A stretch of 64,000 bases of DNA from Candidatus Aenigmatarchaeota archaeon (GCA_016198755.1 JACQIB010000004.1:1-64000); one strand, 5' to 3'; shown: positions 29,501 through 39,620, counted from the first letter of the stretch. A program made the numbers and translations. Notes: a model not told the origin generated them from the sequence alone.

Positions 29501-29719
29501 TCTGTGCACTTCATAAACTTTTTTCACAGAGGATTCAAGAACGTTTCCGTTCTCATCAAAAGAGTAAACAGAATCCCCAGGGAGAATATTCTCTATATTT
29601 ACAACTCCTGTGGGAGTGGAAACTTCTGTCCCAGGAAGGAAACAGCCGCCGCCAGCGCGTGCAAAAGCTGGTGCAGCTATAAAAAGCAATAAAAGTAAAG
29701 GGAGCAGGAGTTTTTTCAT
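26504..29719 (-). CDS. Secreted/membrane protein with four tandem Hint (intein/BIL-like) domains and a C-terminal Tim44-like domain
   Basis: Four units of CFLPGT...ATAEHPF...AYNLEV...FAVHN. TM. YFTQLQTAWQDRD...FEEFWTF...WKI is Tim44-like. Confidence 0.9.
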   Translation of the reverse strand: MKKLLLPLLLLLFIAAPAFARAGGGCFLPGTEVSTPTGVVNIENILPGDSVYSFDENGNVLESSVKKVYEVHREGYYILRTKSSIVNVTAEHPFLTDKGYIEAQNLNIGNEVFILSEGKLVKEAISSSEYIPNPTVAYNLEVSGEHTFFSNSFAVHNKGGCFLPGTAVETLSGPKNIETLSVGESVYSFDPSGKIASSTVNKIYKVHREGYYIVKISSSEVKATAEHPFLTDKGYIETQYLSAGSTIFILNNEKLSPEKILSVQYVPEPTYAYNLEVSGEHTYFADKFAVHNKGGGGGCFLPGTQVSGSSGPVDIENLKAGDSVFSFDSNGNIVESRVNKVFSVHREGYYNLKTESTEVNATAEHPFLTDNGYVETQYLSVGETVFILESNSLVPQKILSITYIPIPTTAYNLEVDNEHTFFANSFAVHNKGGCFLPGTEISTVSGPVNIETLKKGDKIYSFDENRNVKESAVKTIYKVHRDGYFSLKTKTSEVNATAEHPFLTNTGYKEVQELKTGETIYILKNGRLVGEKIIFNNFIPEPTVAYNLEVDGEHTFFANSFAVHNKGGGGGGGSSSPPPPVSFYFPIILSAQGWNFSNISNGISGIVLEKTQISGATNTKNIVFPSTDKALILRSGSSGSSSSVGIATNDPFILRGNGIEWIQLDENGGINFTFDLLDLRGEEKLYTTTYSGLTGGWYKARADLSNFTGNTVRIRFSQHPSSSTGGWYTLIDNITITQNNVTLFPVLNGDFERNSSVPVSIYAGTVPANSPFLPPPGPAEVIFNIIVSLFFGLFFLVFIGVFIYAIVKGRSSGGGWATMDQPAPRGKIDEKAERAHRLLNYLHMLWKEWDERKLVQLTRSYFTQLQTAWQDRDYTEVEGLMMPDIYKEHTEELEQMIKQNERNELRNLGIEDVKIIIIRNHADKKKNEFVAWISAHAQDVILRDSSVPDWYAKAHGIKQEKIVTKQTKSENYEGQKVKGKLSITINKTTVVEEVGDGNENTFTEPKVIRGDDDVYPFEEFWTFLWDAKESKWKIKEITQIRQGSKILSDDNFDELSTPEQMKWYYEHERAV
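28025..29644 (-). repeat. Four tandem 396-bp Hint-coding units (29644-29249, 29239-28844, 28825-28430, 28420-28025)
   Basis: Each is 132 codons from Cys to Asn; linkers KGG, KGGGGG, KGG; two-unit period of 819 bp. Confidence 0.9.
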
Positions 29720-29731
29720 TTTTTCACCTGC

Positions 29732-30001
29732 TTACCCGTGTATTCCAGCTATTATTGCAGAGCCAATTATTATTGCCATACCCAAAATTGCTGCGCTAAC
29801 TATTCTCCCAAAATACTGGGCAACAGCATTGTTTCCCCTTTTAATTTCTTTTCCTTCGTCCAAGTCAGGGGTTAGCCTGTTTATTAACTTGGGTAATAGC
29901 ACGGTTGCAACCAACATTGCTGCAAATCCTATAACTATTCCCACTACAGTAAAGCCCACAGCCAGAGCAGTGGTTTCTACTAGAGCCATTATATCACCCA
30001 A
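29732..30001 (-). CDS. DUF350-like small membrane protein
   Basis: LTPDLDEGKEIKRGNNAVA between two TMs; 12 bp upstream of the Hint-Tim44 gene. Confidence 0.75.
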   Translation of the reverse strand: MGDIMALVETTALAVGFTVVGIVIGFAAMLVATVLLPKLINRLTPDLDEGKEIKRGNNAVAQYFGRIVSAAILGMAIIIGSAIIAGIHG

Positions 30002-30172
30002 ATAAACAAGGCTGAACTGATTTATATAGTTAGCTAAGGAAAAATAATAGGATTTTTAGTATGCATAATAACCTTTCAGTCTGTTCATAGATCATTCAGC
30101 TTCAAATTTCTTTCAACTAGCATTAAAGCATAAGAATATTTCTTAATCTGAAGCAAGCTGCTAAGGAAAAAC

Positions 30173-33100
30173 CTAGGAAGTTTTTATTGTGGGTTCAGGT
30201 TTGCGCCCGCGCACAAAGCCCATGTAAACACCTGCTATTATAGCGATAGCAGCCACAACACCTATTGCAATCCATGTTTCTATACCAACAGTTATAGGTG
30301 GCTTTATGTCTTTTGTTTCGAGTGCATTCTGTGCTTGTATTGCAGAGTTCTCTGCATCAGCATATTTCTCTGCGCTGAAAGCAGCTTCAGCTTCTTTAAA
30401 CAGCCTTTCAGCTTCAACAACATTTATTCCCTTTGCTTTTGCTGCTTCTATTGCAGTGCGTGCAGAATCTATAGCGCTTTTTGCTGAATCCTTGGGTTCC
30501 AATAAAGGTTTATCCTTATCATCAGCTTTACAGCTCTGATCCTCCTTCACAAGCTGGCACTCATAGTTTGTGGTATCATCGCAAACATATGTATCCCTTG
30601 ATTGTTTTCCACTTGCACAAACTCCAAACTCTGTGGGTTGTGGGCAGATTGGGCAACTCTTTGCACCAACTTCAACACTAAAGCTGTTTTCTGGGGTAAC
30701 AGCTATATTGTCACCCGCATCAATTGCATAAATTCTCCACTTTACTGTTGTCCCTCCCTTAATTTTCAGATCCTGCCATACAAACCTTGCAACAGCTTCT
30801 GATCCTGATAGGTCTGTGGTTGTCAGGTTTTTATAACCTGAACCTGTGTCAAGGCTTAATATAGCTCTCTTCAGTTCACCATTGTCCCTCCAGCGGGCTG
30901 TAAGCTCAACAGTGCCTCCAACAGAAACGCTTTCTTTGCTCTGTTTTGACTCAATAAGAGTTGGAACTGATGTATCAGGCTCTATAACAAAGCTAGGGTC
31001 TGTATCATTTGTATTTCCGTCAACGTCTGTAGCTATAGTCTTCCAGGATATTGAAGTTCCCGGAGCAGCTGATGGTATCCATGTGAAGGAAACAATCTTA
31101 TCTGTTCCCAATACATCCTTTCTATCCTTCTCAACCCAACTCCCAGTTTCATTTACAAGGAATGCAACTTCCTTCAGGTTATTATCATCTTTCCAGTGTG
31201 CGTTTATAGTTACAGCTTGCCCCTGTACAGGTCTTGCCGGATCCTGTGTTTTCTCAACGAAATATGGGGAATTGGATGTTGTAACAAAACTGTGTTCAGG
31301 TCCTTCAATTGTATTTCCGGCAGAATCAACTCCAACAGACTTCCACTTTACTTCAGTTCCAATTGGCAGGTTTGCATTTGAGTATTCATAATTGGCGCAT
31401 CCTTTCAGGTCTGCAAATGCTCTTGTTGGAATAACCTGCGGAGCTTTTTCAGTTCCCCCTTCAGTGACTATAAATCTAATCTCTTTCAAAACTCCAGAGT
31501 CGCGGAAGCATGCTGAAATCACATTCTTCTGATTTCCAACAATCTTTGCATTCTGTTGCTTGTCTTCTACAAAGCTCGGGGAATCTGTATCCTTAATCCT
31601 GAATCCTCCACCATTTATTATATCTCCATTGTTGCTTTCATCAATTACAAAAACCCTCCAGCTCATGTTTGTTCCAGGGAGTCCAATAGGCATTGTCGGA
31701 GGTAATGGATCTGAAGATAATCCAGTTACTTCACCTCCGCTTATGATGCGCAATCTGCCTGCAGCAAGCCTGCCGCCGAAGGCTGATAATGCACTACTCA
31801 TCCCTCCCCTAAGTGTAGCATAAGTTCCAACGCCTTTTATATTGTCATCAAAGGCTCTTCCACCCATTCCCAGTGGTATTGAGCGTGGTAACTGTTTCAA
31901 TGTTGAAGGATCTGGTATCAGCCATGATCCAGCGAGCTTTCCTTCTGAAGTTTTTGGAGTTTTGTCTATCCAGTTGTTTGCCCCAGGTCCAACAGTTTTA
32001 ATATTTGTAAAGTTTGCTATAGTAGCTGTGTAAATCGTGCTCCATGTGCCATCCTCTCCTATAACCTGTACATAAGCATACTTTAACCCTCCGCAGCCCG
32101 CAGAAACCGTATTTTCAACAGAATCTTTCAACAGTGCTCCAAATCTTACCTCTTGTGTTGGCAATAGCTCTGTAGGTCCTGTTTCAAAACCAGATGCTGT
32201 GGGTTTGATCCTTTCTATGCACTTCTTTGGAGACAGTGTGAATTTCGAGTCTTGCTGATTCTTATTTCCAGCCTTGTCAAACACAACAACAGTAAATGGA
32301 ACTTCCGCATTTGATCCGGTCTTGTAGTATTTGTTCCAAATCTCTTCTGTTGCATTCACAGTGAAGTGTGCATAACCCAACAGCCTGTTATCATTCCCTG
32401 AATATAGCTGCACTTTGCTCTCTTCCTTTCCGTTTACAGAGACTGTTGCATAATCCAGACCAATATTGTCTGTTGTTTCCGCAAAGAAACTCACAGGCTC
32501 TCCAATGCTGCCCTCAAGCTTTGCTCCTTCCCCAGAGATACGATTAATTTTCGGGATTGTAACATCCTTTACTTTAACTACATCATTTGATTTAGCCCAT
32601 GCTGAGCTCATACCTGCCATGTCAATTACCTGAGTGCTGAGCTTTACTATGCTTCCATCCTTTCCAGCAGGTATTGTTATTGAGGTATCAGCATTCCCAT
32701 TTCTGAATGGTATGTTTTGAGTTATTGTTTCTGCTTGGTATCCATCAGGTCCATAAAAGTCAAATACAAAAACTGCTTCTTTCAGATTCACATTATCATT
32801 TGCACTTAATGTAGCTGTTATCTTCTCCTCCGGATTGAGTTCTTTCAGAGATGTGATAGTGGGGCCAGATGTTATAGTTGGAGCTATAGTGTCCCTGACA
32901 AGGAAGCAGAATGGCTTTGTTTCTGATGTTAAGTCAGCATCATTTCCCCAGTCAGAAGCCCTGTCTGTTACACTGATCTTCCAGCAAAGTCTCTTTCCCT
33001 GCTGGTCAGTTGTTGGTCTGTACTCAAACTCAGTTGTATCTTCAGTTGCATACACTTTCTTGGGTTCACCTACTTGATTTAAGGTTCCCCCCTCAGGCCC

Positions 33101-36100
33101 AACAAAAAACTTTGTATTCCTCAATTCCTTATTATCCTCAACAATCGCTCTGGCCATAAGCCATGTAAATCCATCGCTGCTCTCTGGCGGGAACACATCC
33201 TCCCCATATATTTTTGGCGGCTTATCGTCTCTGACTGCAACCTGAACAACCTGTAGGCTCTTTGTTTCAGTCTCTCCTTGGTTTCCATTATAATCAAGGG
33301 CAACCATTTTCCACTTTACTGTGCCTGTTGAAGCTACAGGCAGGGCAAATGTATGGCCAGCTCTGAATTCCTTTCCATCTTTGTTCACAGAATTCTCCTT
33401 TATTTCACTTGCTCCCCAGGCCTTTGCAATAATGAATGGCTCTGGTCCATCCCCGTCATAATCAACAAGAAGCCTTACTGTTTTGACTGCAAACTGGTCT
33501 GACCAGGTAGCACCAAAGCTTACTGGAGTCTGATCTTTTATCCCAAATTGATCTGCAGACTGGGAAACATCATCAGCCACAGGAGGCCTTGTGTCTGTTG
33601 TATAAACATAAATATTATCTGTCCCTGGGAAGAATACCATCCTGTTTGAAAGTGCTGGTGAAGCAGGCATATAGATATTGTTGTTTGCAAGCACGTTCTT
33701 GAACACAATCTCTGGTGTAAACTCCCCCGATTTTGATCCTTTGAGTACATATGCTGTCCTCTCCTTCCCGACACCTATAAAGTAAACATAATAGTTTCTG
33801 TCAGGTTCATTTGAGATTGTAACCACAGGCTGCCCAAGTATATACTCATTGGGCTGCAGTTCAAACTTCCATACAACTTTCCCGTCCTCATTCAGCATTT
33901 TCAGCTCATTAACAACCGCAGATGTTGTAGTTGTTTTTATTGTGGTTGTTGTAACAGCAGTGGTACTTGAGTTGTTTCCTTCTGTATCCACTGTTACAGC
34001 CCCGCCGGAAACAGCAGCCACGGTTGGTATTGTTGTAGTTGTGGGGGAATTAACAGGTGTATTATAAGTGATGCTTTTAACATAGTCCTGCACAAAGTAA
34101 ACATACTTTCCAGTGGATGTTTTAACAGCAACAGGATTCATTACTGTTGGTATGGAAAGAGGCACATTCCCTATCTGATAGTTCAGTTTAAACCTCTCTA
34201 AAAGCTTTCCGGAGCCAACCTTTTTCCCTTTCATTGAAGAGTCAAGCTGCGAAACAGTTAACTCAGCATTAGCCTTGTCTTTCGGAGCAGTTATCATAAC
34301 AATGTTTGTATCATTTGTTCCCCCAGGAAGGGATGGGATAACTGGAGTTGTGCGCCAGCTATATACTGAAATAGAACTCTTGTCTTTTCCTGTTTCTCCA
34401 GGAATCCTGAATCTTGATACTGTTGTGAATGTGTTTGCATCTATAGTGTTTACTACACCGGTCTCTTCAACAATATAAATGAAGTTGTGTTCTGGTTCAT
34501 ATACAGGACCTGCAACTATTGTTTTCAATCCTCTGGCTTTCCTTCCGAATATCTGCTCCAATTTTCCATCTCCGTTTATCAAAAAGAACTGCCCGTTTGA
34601 AACAACTCCTATAGAATCAAAACCATCAGGGTGATCTTTGTTTTTGTAAGCTTTTATTTTCAAAGGTGCTGATGTTACATTTGGTATGATTGCTCCGGGA
34701 TTGTATCCAGAAAACTTCCTCTTCCAGACAATTTCTCCTGTTATCTGATTCAGGGCTGTTACAATTCCGTTTGCAGAGCTTACAACAACAGAATCAACAA
34801 GTTCTCCACCCGTTGTTATAGCTTTTTCTCCTTCATCTGTCTGTATCTTTGTTACATTTATAGGAACGCGTGCAGCAAAATCTGTAACAGGTTCATGCAG
34901 CAATATCGCCTCATCCAATTTTGTTTTCCATAAAATACTCCCGTCTGTTGTAAGGGAAAATATCCAGCCATTATGGGTTACTATATAGGCCTTCCCGTTG
35001 GATATGACTGGTGAAGCACTTACTATAACTGGTTCTCCTGCTGCAGCAGAAGCATCAAAAGTCCAGAGTGGGATAGGTGAAAGTTTTTTCCCTTCCTTTA
35101 CCAACAATTCATCAGTATAACCGCTGTGCTTTCCACTCCCCCCAAAGTTACTCCAGTCTACATATGGCCTCACATCTGCTTCTGGCAAATCAACATCAAG
35201 CTTATAGGCTAAACTATACAAAGGCTGCTCTTCAGCTCCATGATAAACGCTCCCTTTCCTCTCCTTTCCTCTTGCCCAATATAGTTTTTTGCCAACTCCC
35301 CCCTTTATGTATATCAAATAGGTCTTTCCCACATTCAGCTCCCCGCTCTTAACTCTGGTGTCAAAAGAAACTGATTTCCAGCCAGCAGAAACACTTACAG
35401 GTTTGCTTACCCAGACAGGCCTGCTTTCTGTCCCCCCTTCAAGTGTATAAACATATGCTGTTAGTTCTTGATCTTCTTCAGAATTGACATATACCTGGAT
35501 TTTTCCAATTGGTGCAGCATGCTGTGCAATAAATGACTGTGTGGTTTTGAAAGCTGCTCCCAATGTAGCTTCTGTTGTTACAGATACATCAGTTGCAAAA
35601 TCTATATCTTCTCCGGTTTTTACCCAGTTTTTTTCACCAACCTTTTCCCATCCTTCTCCCCTATCATAAGACTGCCCCATCATCCATTCCACAGCACCCT
35701 TTCCTTTATCCTGAGTGCTCAAAACAATATAATATTTTTGCCCTGCTTCTATGTTTACAGAGCTTGTACCAGCTACTCCAACCATGCCCGGAGTGAAATC
35801 TATCCAGTCCCAATCCCTATTTGTTATAGGTTTTTGCATATTTCCAATAGAGTCACCTGTTGCACTGCTTACGACATCTACAAATACAGTCTGGTCTACA
35901 TCGCTTTTCAGGTATAATTTAAGTCCTGTTAAAGTACCTCCGTATGTGGATACAAAACTCTGTCTCAGACTCCTGTCAACAGAAGGGTCTATTTCCACTT
36001 CAGTAGCAAGGCTGTTTGATACCCCTTCTGCTATATCAATTTTATTCCCTTCTATATACAGCTCAGAATCCTCTGTAAGCCCCCTTATTGGGCCTAAGTT

Positions 36101-36760
36101 GTCTCCAGAACCAAGATCCCAATAAGCTTTGCTCCCCTGAACAACCTTTGTTGCTATAACATACTGTGATCCCCTATCCACCTCTACTCCACTCAATGCT
36201 CCAGCCGCTGTCCAGTCATAAGAACCTGTCAGTTCATTTCCTATGTAAGTTTCAAGTATTGGGTTGCCGTTTAAGAATCCATCAAGCGTGTATATTCCAA
36301 GTTGTATCCTTACTGTTTCACTCGGAGAACCCTTCATATAAAGCCTGATAGATTTGATTATTCCGGATTCCGGCGCACTAAATGTAACGCCAACAAGCTT
36401 GTCTTTTACAAGAACATTATTTTCAACAGCTGTATCAGAGAGAGTGCTTCTAACTGTTATTTTATGTAAAATAGATCCTGCGCTCGATGCAGAAGGGGGC
36501 ATTTCAGGTACTTTTATTGGAAAAGCTTTCAATTCTGATGTTATATCTTCGCGTCCGCTATCAGGAGTTGATATAGCATCTGTTCCGGTTTCAGTAAAAA
36601 GCACAAATCCACTCGAGCTTGCTGCAAAGTTTAGATTTGTAGATTTCTCTCCAAAATTGGCTGCAAAAATCCCCACCAATAACAGCGGTACTAAAAGCAG
36701 GATATAAAAAATAGCTGAGTGATGACCCCGCCCTCTATGTAAATGAGATTTGTGCTTCAT
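30173..36760 (-). CDS. Giant cell-surface protein: PQQ-type beta-propeller, Ig-like repeats, Cys motif, helical bundle, C-terminal TM
   Basis: DWSNFGG...HSGY, ASPVI...G.ILWK propeller motifs; repeated D..PP...W.D...W...A.D.AGN modules. Confidence 0.8.
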   Translation of the reverse strand: MKHKSHLHRGRGHHSAIFYILLLVPLLLVGIFAANFGEKSTNLNFAASSSGFVLFTETGTDAISTPDSGREDITSELKAFPIKVPEMPPSASSAGSILHKITVRSTLSDTAVENNVLVKDKLVGVTFSAPESGIIKSIRLYMKGSPSETVRIQLGIYTLDGFLNGNPILETYIGNELTGSYDWTAAGALSGVEVDRGSQYVIATKVVQGSKAYWDLGSGDNLGPIRGLTEDSELYIEGNKIDIAEGVSNSLATEVEIDPSVDRSLRQSFVSTYGGTLTGLKLYLKSDVDQTVFVDVVSSATGDSIGNMQKPITNRDWDWIDFTPGMVGVAGTSSVNIEAGQKYYIVLSTQDKGKGAVEWMMGQSYDRGEGWEKVGEKNWVKTGEDIDFATDVSVTTEATLGAAFKTTQSFIAQHAAPIGKIQVYVNSEEDQELTAYVYTLEGGTESRPVWVSKPVSVSAGWKSVSFDTRVKSGELNVGKTYLIYIKGGVGKKLYWARGKERKGSVYHGAEEQPLYSLAYKLDVDLPEADVRPYVDWSNFGGSGKHSGYTDELLVKEGKKLSPIPLWTFDASAAAGEPVIVSASPVISNGKAYIVTHNGWIFSLTTDGSILWKTKLDEAILLHEPVTDFAARVPINVTKIQTDEGEKAITTGGELVDSVVVSSANGIVTALNQITGEIVWKRKFSGYNPGAIIPNVTSAPLKIKAYKNKDHPDGFDSIGVVSNGQFFLINGDGKLEQIFGRKARGLKTIVAGPVYEPEHNFIYIVEETGVVNTIDANTFTTVSRFRIPGETGKDKSSISVYSWRTTPVIPSLPGGTNDTNIVMITAPKDKANAELTVSQLDSSMKGKKVGSGKLLERFKLNYQIGNVPLSIPTVMNPVAVKTSTGKYVYFVQDYVKSITYNTPVNSPTTTTIPTVAAVSGGAVTVDTEGNNSSTTAVTTTTIKTTTTSAVVNELKMLNEDGKVVWKFELQPNEYILGQPVVTISNEPDRNYYVYFIGVGKERTAYVLKGSKSGEFTPEIVFKNVLANNNIYMPASPALSNRMVFFPGTDNIYVYTTDTRPPVADDVSQSADQFGIKDQTPVSFGATWSDQFAVKTVRLLVDYDGDGPEPFIIAKAWGASEIKENSVNKDGKEFRAGHTFALPVASTGTVKWKMVALDYNGNQGETETKSLQVVQVAVRDDKPPKIYGEDVFPPESSDGFTWLMARAIVEDNKELRNTKFFVGPEGGTLNQVGEPKKVYATEDTTEFEYRPTTDQQGKRLCWKISVTDRASDWGNDADLTSETKPFCFLVRDTIAPTITSGPTITSLKELNPEEKITATLSANDNVNLKEAVFVFDFYGPDGYQAETITQNIPFRNGNADTSITIPAGKDGSIVKLSTQVIDMAGMSSAWAKSNDVVKVKDVTIPKINRISGEGAKLEGSIGEPVSFFAETTDNIGLDYATVSVNGKEESKVQLYSGNDNRLLGYAHFTVNATEEIWNKYYKTGSNAEVPFTVVVFDKAGNKNQQDSKFTLSPKKCIERIKPTASGFETGPTELLPTQEVRFGALLKDSVENTVSAGCGGLKYAYVQVIGEDGTWSTIYTATIANFTNIKTVGPGANNWIDKTPKTSEGKLAGSWLIPDPSTLKQLPRSIPLGMGGRAFDDNIKGVGTYATLRGGMSSALSAFGGRLAAGRLRIISGGEVTGLSSDPLPPTMPIGLPGTNMSWRVFVIDESNNGDIINGGGFRIKDTDSPSFVEDKQQNAKIVGNQKNVISACFRDSGVLKEIRFIVTEGGTEKAPQVIPTRAFADLKGCANYEYSNANLPIGTEVKWKSVGVDSAGNTIEGPEHSFVTTSNSPYFVEKTQDPARPVQGQAVTINAHWKDDNNLKEVAFLVNETGSWVEKDRKDVLGTDKIVSFTWIPSAAPGTSISWKTIATDVDGNTNDTDPSFVIEPDTSVPTLIESKQSKESVSVGGTVELTARWRDNGELKRAILSLDTGSGYKNLTTTDLSGSEAVARFVWQDLKIKGGTTVKWRIYAIDAGDNIAVTPENSFSVEVGAKSCPICPQPTEFGVCASGKQSRDTYVCDDTTNYECQLVKEDQSCKADDKDKPLLEPKDSAKSAIDSARTAIEAAKAKGINVVEAERLFKEAEAAFSAEKYADAENSAIQAQNALETKDIKPPITVGIETWIAIGVVAAIAIIAGVYMGFVRGRKPEPTIKTS

Positions 36761-36821
36761 AATCTCAGGATTTAATACGCAGAGCAGGTATTTAAGCCTT
36801 TATTTCTGTTTTTTTAATAAA

Positions 36822-39620
36822 TTACGCCTGTTCCCCCCCATAAACTATTGGGGCAGTTTTTTTCTGGCTGCGTTTCACAATAATCAAAACAATAGCAACC
36901 ATAACCAGAACAAGAGCCCCCCCAACCACATAATATATAGGTATCGGTATAACAGTTTCCCTACCGCCGCAGCTTCTCTCCTCCACAGATCTGTCATATT
37001 GATTGCTCTCTGCATTGCATTTGTAAACAACTCGTGTCTGTTTTTCATTTATACATTCAGACCATCCAGAGGGTTCAGGAACCTGTCCTGCGCACTCGGA
37101 TATAGTTGTAGTTGTTTCTGGAATAATATTGGCTTTTGCAATGAAGGTTTTTGAATCAGTAACAAAGCTGTTTCCCGCAGAATCAAAAAGATATACTTTC
37201 CAGACGTAGTTTCCATCCTCTTCCGGAGTGAACTTGAACTCAAGTGTATCAGATGTTCCAGAGAGCTGTTTTTCTGTGATATTTTTTTCGTTTATCTCCA
37301 AAATAGCTACCCCTAGTCCAATGTTATCTATTGCTTTTACAGTTAAAACAACCTCAGTGCCAACTCTTACTGTTTTCGCTGTCTGAATTTGCTCCAAAAC
37401 AGTGGGCGCTTCAGTATCCACAGAAATTTTAAAGCTCAGCTCAGAAGAGTATTTTGAGTTTCCAGCCTTATCAGTTGCCTTTACTCTCCATTTTACAGCA
37501 GTTCCTCCATTCGCACGGCTTATATAAGTAAAGTTGCTCCAATAGCTGCTCCCGGTCAGGTTAACAACGGATTTTTCCATATATCCTCCCCCCTCATTTA
37601 CCTCCAAAAATGCCTGATCCAGTTCTGAGTTGTCAGTCCAGAGAACCCCGAGATTCACAGGAACACCCTTTGCGACTTCCTGGGAAGACTGCAGTGATTT
37701 TACTGGAACTGGCGGAGAATCATCCAAAAGAACCCTGATACTCTTCTGATCTGAAACAATCCAGTTCCCAGCGGTATCGTTTATATACACCCTCCATTTT
37801 ACGGTTGTTCCGTCTTTTATGCTCCCATTCCTCCAGTTGAATGCTATATTTGCAAAATTATCTCCTCTTAGGTTTACAGGACTCCCATAAACAGTTTTAT
37901 TTCCGAATATTCCTGATTCATCTGTCTCCAATGTAGCCCAGCCAAGGGCAGCATTGTCTGTAACATTGATATTGATGAGAACAACAGCTCCTATACCTGC
38001 GATATCAGTGCTCTGTTTAATTGCAGTTATTACGGGAGATTCTGTATCTTCTATAACGAACTGTTTTTCAGTTGTTGAATTTATGTTTCCTCCAACATCA
38101 TATCCTGCAAACTTCCATTTTACTGTAGAGCCATGTTGCAGGGTCTTGTTTGGATCTGACCAGGTAAAATTAGACTGTGCGCTTGTCCCAGACAAACTTA
38201 TTTTTGCAAAATCAACCCACTGTTTTCCGCTTGAGTTATACATCTGCAGCACTGTGTATGAAAGTCCTGTATTATCTGTCCATGCAGCTGAAACAGTCAC
38301 ATTTTCCCCGAGCTTTGGGGAAGCTGTAGATTGCTGGACAGAAGAATATGCCGGAGGGAAAATATCAGGCCCTATTGCATACAGTTTCCCGTTGTCAGAT
38401 CCGAAATAAATTCCGTTTTTGCTTACTGCCGGGCTGGAAAATGCAGTAGAACCATAATTGTACTTCCAGAGCAAATCCTTCTGGTTGCCTCCATTATCCT
38501 TTTCAAGCCCCTCATCCACTCCATCAGAGGGATCAAAATCATATGAATAAACAAAACCATCATTTGAAACAACATACAATATATTGTTAGAAATAACAGG
38601 AGACGAGATGATTTGCCCTCCAACAATTGCGCTCCATAATATCTGCCCCGCGCTTGTAACAACTTTAACTTCTCCGCCATTATTTGTGAAAACAATTTTG
38701 TTCCCCGATATTGCTGGAGAAGCATATGGCCATGCTCCGGCTGAGGCTATAAACAGGACCGCGCTCCCGTCAGAAATCTTTCTTACATAATACCCCTGCC
38801 CAGCCCCAGAACCCCCGCCTATTGCAACTATTTCCCCCCCAGCAGAGGAGGCCGCAGGAGTTGAATAAAATGTTCCTCCGCCCCCGAAATTAGAAGACCA
38901 GATTTTTGTGCCATCAGAGTCCTTATAGGCTGCCATATAGCTCTGGAAAGCTGCTATAACCTTATCCCCATAGACAGTTGGAGCTGCGTCTACAAATTGC
39001 AGATTAACATCATTTACAGACCATATTCTACTCAAGCTTAAATCATATTTGTAAATATTTTGGTTCGAGCCAATATACAAATAACTACCTGCAGAAGCAA
39101 TGGCTGGCCTGCTTGTAAATGCCAGCTGGGCTGAGGTTTGTACACCCCCATCCCTCATCTTTATCTTATAAATTAAATTTGGGTTCCCACCAGTGGTTGC
39201 AACATAGATAAAATCATTCACAATAACCGGCGATACAGTTATGGGAAGTCCGAGATTTGTTTTCCATATTAGAGTCCCGCTTATTTGATCCAAAGCATAC
39301 AAATATCCATCATCCCCCCCGAAAACAACCTTCCCCCCAGCAATAACAGGATTTGTCTGTATTTTTTTACCTGAACCAGTGTCAAAAATCCATCTTGTCA
39401 TATTTTCATTTGCCCCAGGGCCAGGCCATGGGCTTTCTCCCGTATGGTTTGCCCAGCCCCTATGCTGAGTCCAGTTCTGGAAAACACTAACAGAGGCTCC
39501 ACCAACAACTCCGCCCCCACCTCCGCCGGGAAACCCTATCTGTGCTGTCCCTTCCTGTGATAAGTAAACAAAAACGAGCGTTATTGTAATAAACAAAATC
39601 ACTGCAAACTTTTTGAGCAT
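36822..39620 (-). CDS. PQQ/BamB-like beta-propeller surface protein with Ig-like repeats and C-terminal TM
   Basis: WTQHRG..NHTG, GGDDGYLYALD..SG.LIWK, SSPAV...GSDNGKLYAIG. Confidence 0.85.
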   Translation of the reverse strand: MLKKFAVILFITITLVFVYLSQEGTAQIGFPGGGGGGVVGGASVSVFQNWTQHRGWANHTGESPWPGPGANENMTRWIFDTGSGKKIQTNPVIAGGKVVFGGDDGYLYALDQISGTLIWKTNLGLPITVSPVIVNDFIYVATTGGNPNLIYKIKMRDGGVQTSAQLAFTSRPAIASAGSYLYIGSNQNIYKYDLSLSRIWSVNDVNLQFVDAAPTVYGDKVIAAFQSYMAAYKDSDGTKIWSSNFGGGGTFYSTPAASSAGGEIVAIGGGSGAGQGYYVRKISDGSAVLFIASAGAWPYASPAISGNKIVFTNNGGEVKVVTSAGQILWSAIVGGQIISSPVISNNILYVVSNDGFVYSYDFDPSDGVDEGLEKDNGGNQKDLLWKYNYGSTAFSSPAVSKNGIYFGSDNGKLYAIGPDIFPPAYSSVQQSTASPKLGENVTVSAAWTDNTGLSYTVLQMYNSSGKQWVDFAKISLSGTSAQSNFTWSDPNKTLQHGSTVKWKFAGYDVGGNINSTTEKQFVIEDTESPVITAIKQSTDIAGIGAVVLININVTDNAALGWATLETDESGIFGNKTVYGSPVNLRGDNFANIAFNWRNGSIKDGTTVKWRVYINDTAGNWIVSDQKSIRVLLDDSPPVPVKSLQSSQEVAKGVPVNLGVLWTDNSELDQAFLEVNEGGGYMEKSVVNLTGSSYWSNFTYISRANGGTAVKWRVKATDKAGNSKYSSELSFKISVDTEAPTVLEQIQTAKTVRVGTEVVLTVKAIDNIGLGVAILEINEKNITEKQLSGTSDTLEFKFTPEEDGNYVWKVYLFDSAGNSFVTDSKTFIAKANIIPETTTTISECAGQVPEPSGWSECINEKQTRVVYKCNAESNQYDRSVEERSCGGRETVIPIPIYYVVGGALVLVMVAIVLIIVKRSQKKTAPIVYGGEQA

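Noticed and set aside
28025-29644. Canonical mobile inteins, or an assembly artefact
   Set aside because: No homing endonuclease and the +1 residue is Lys. The copies are clearly diverged from each other, so not a collapsed or duplicated assembly.
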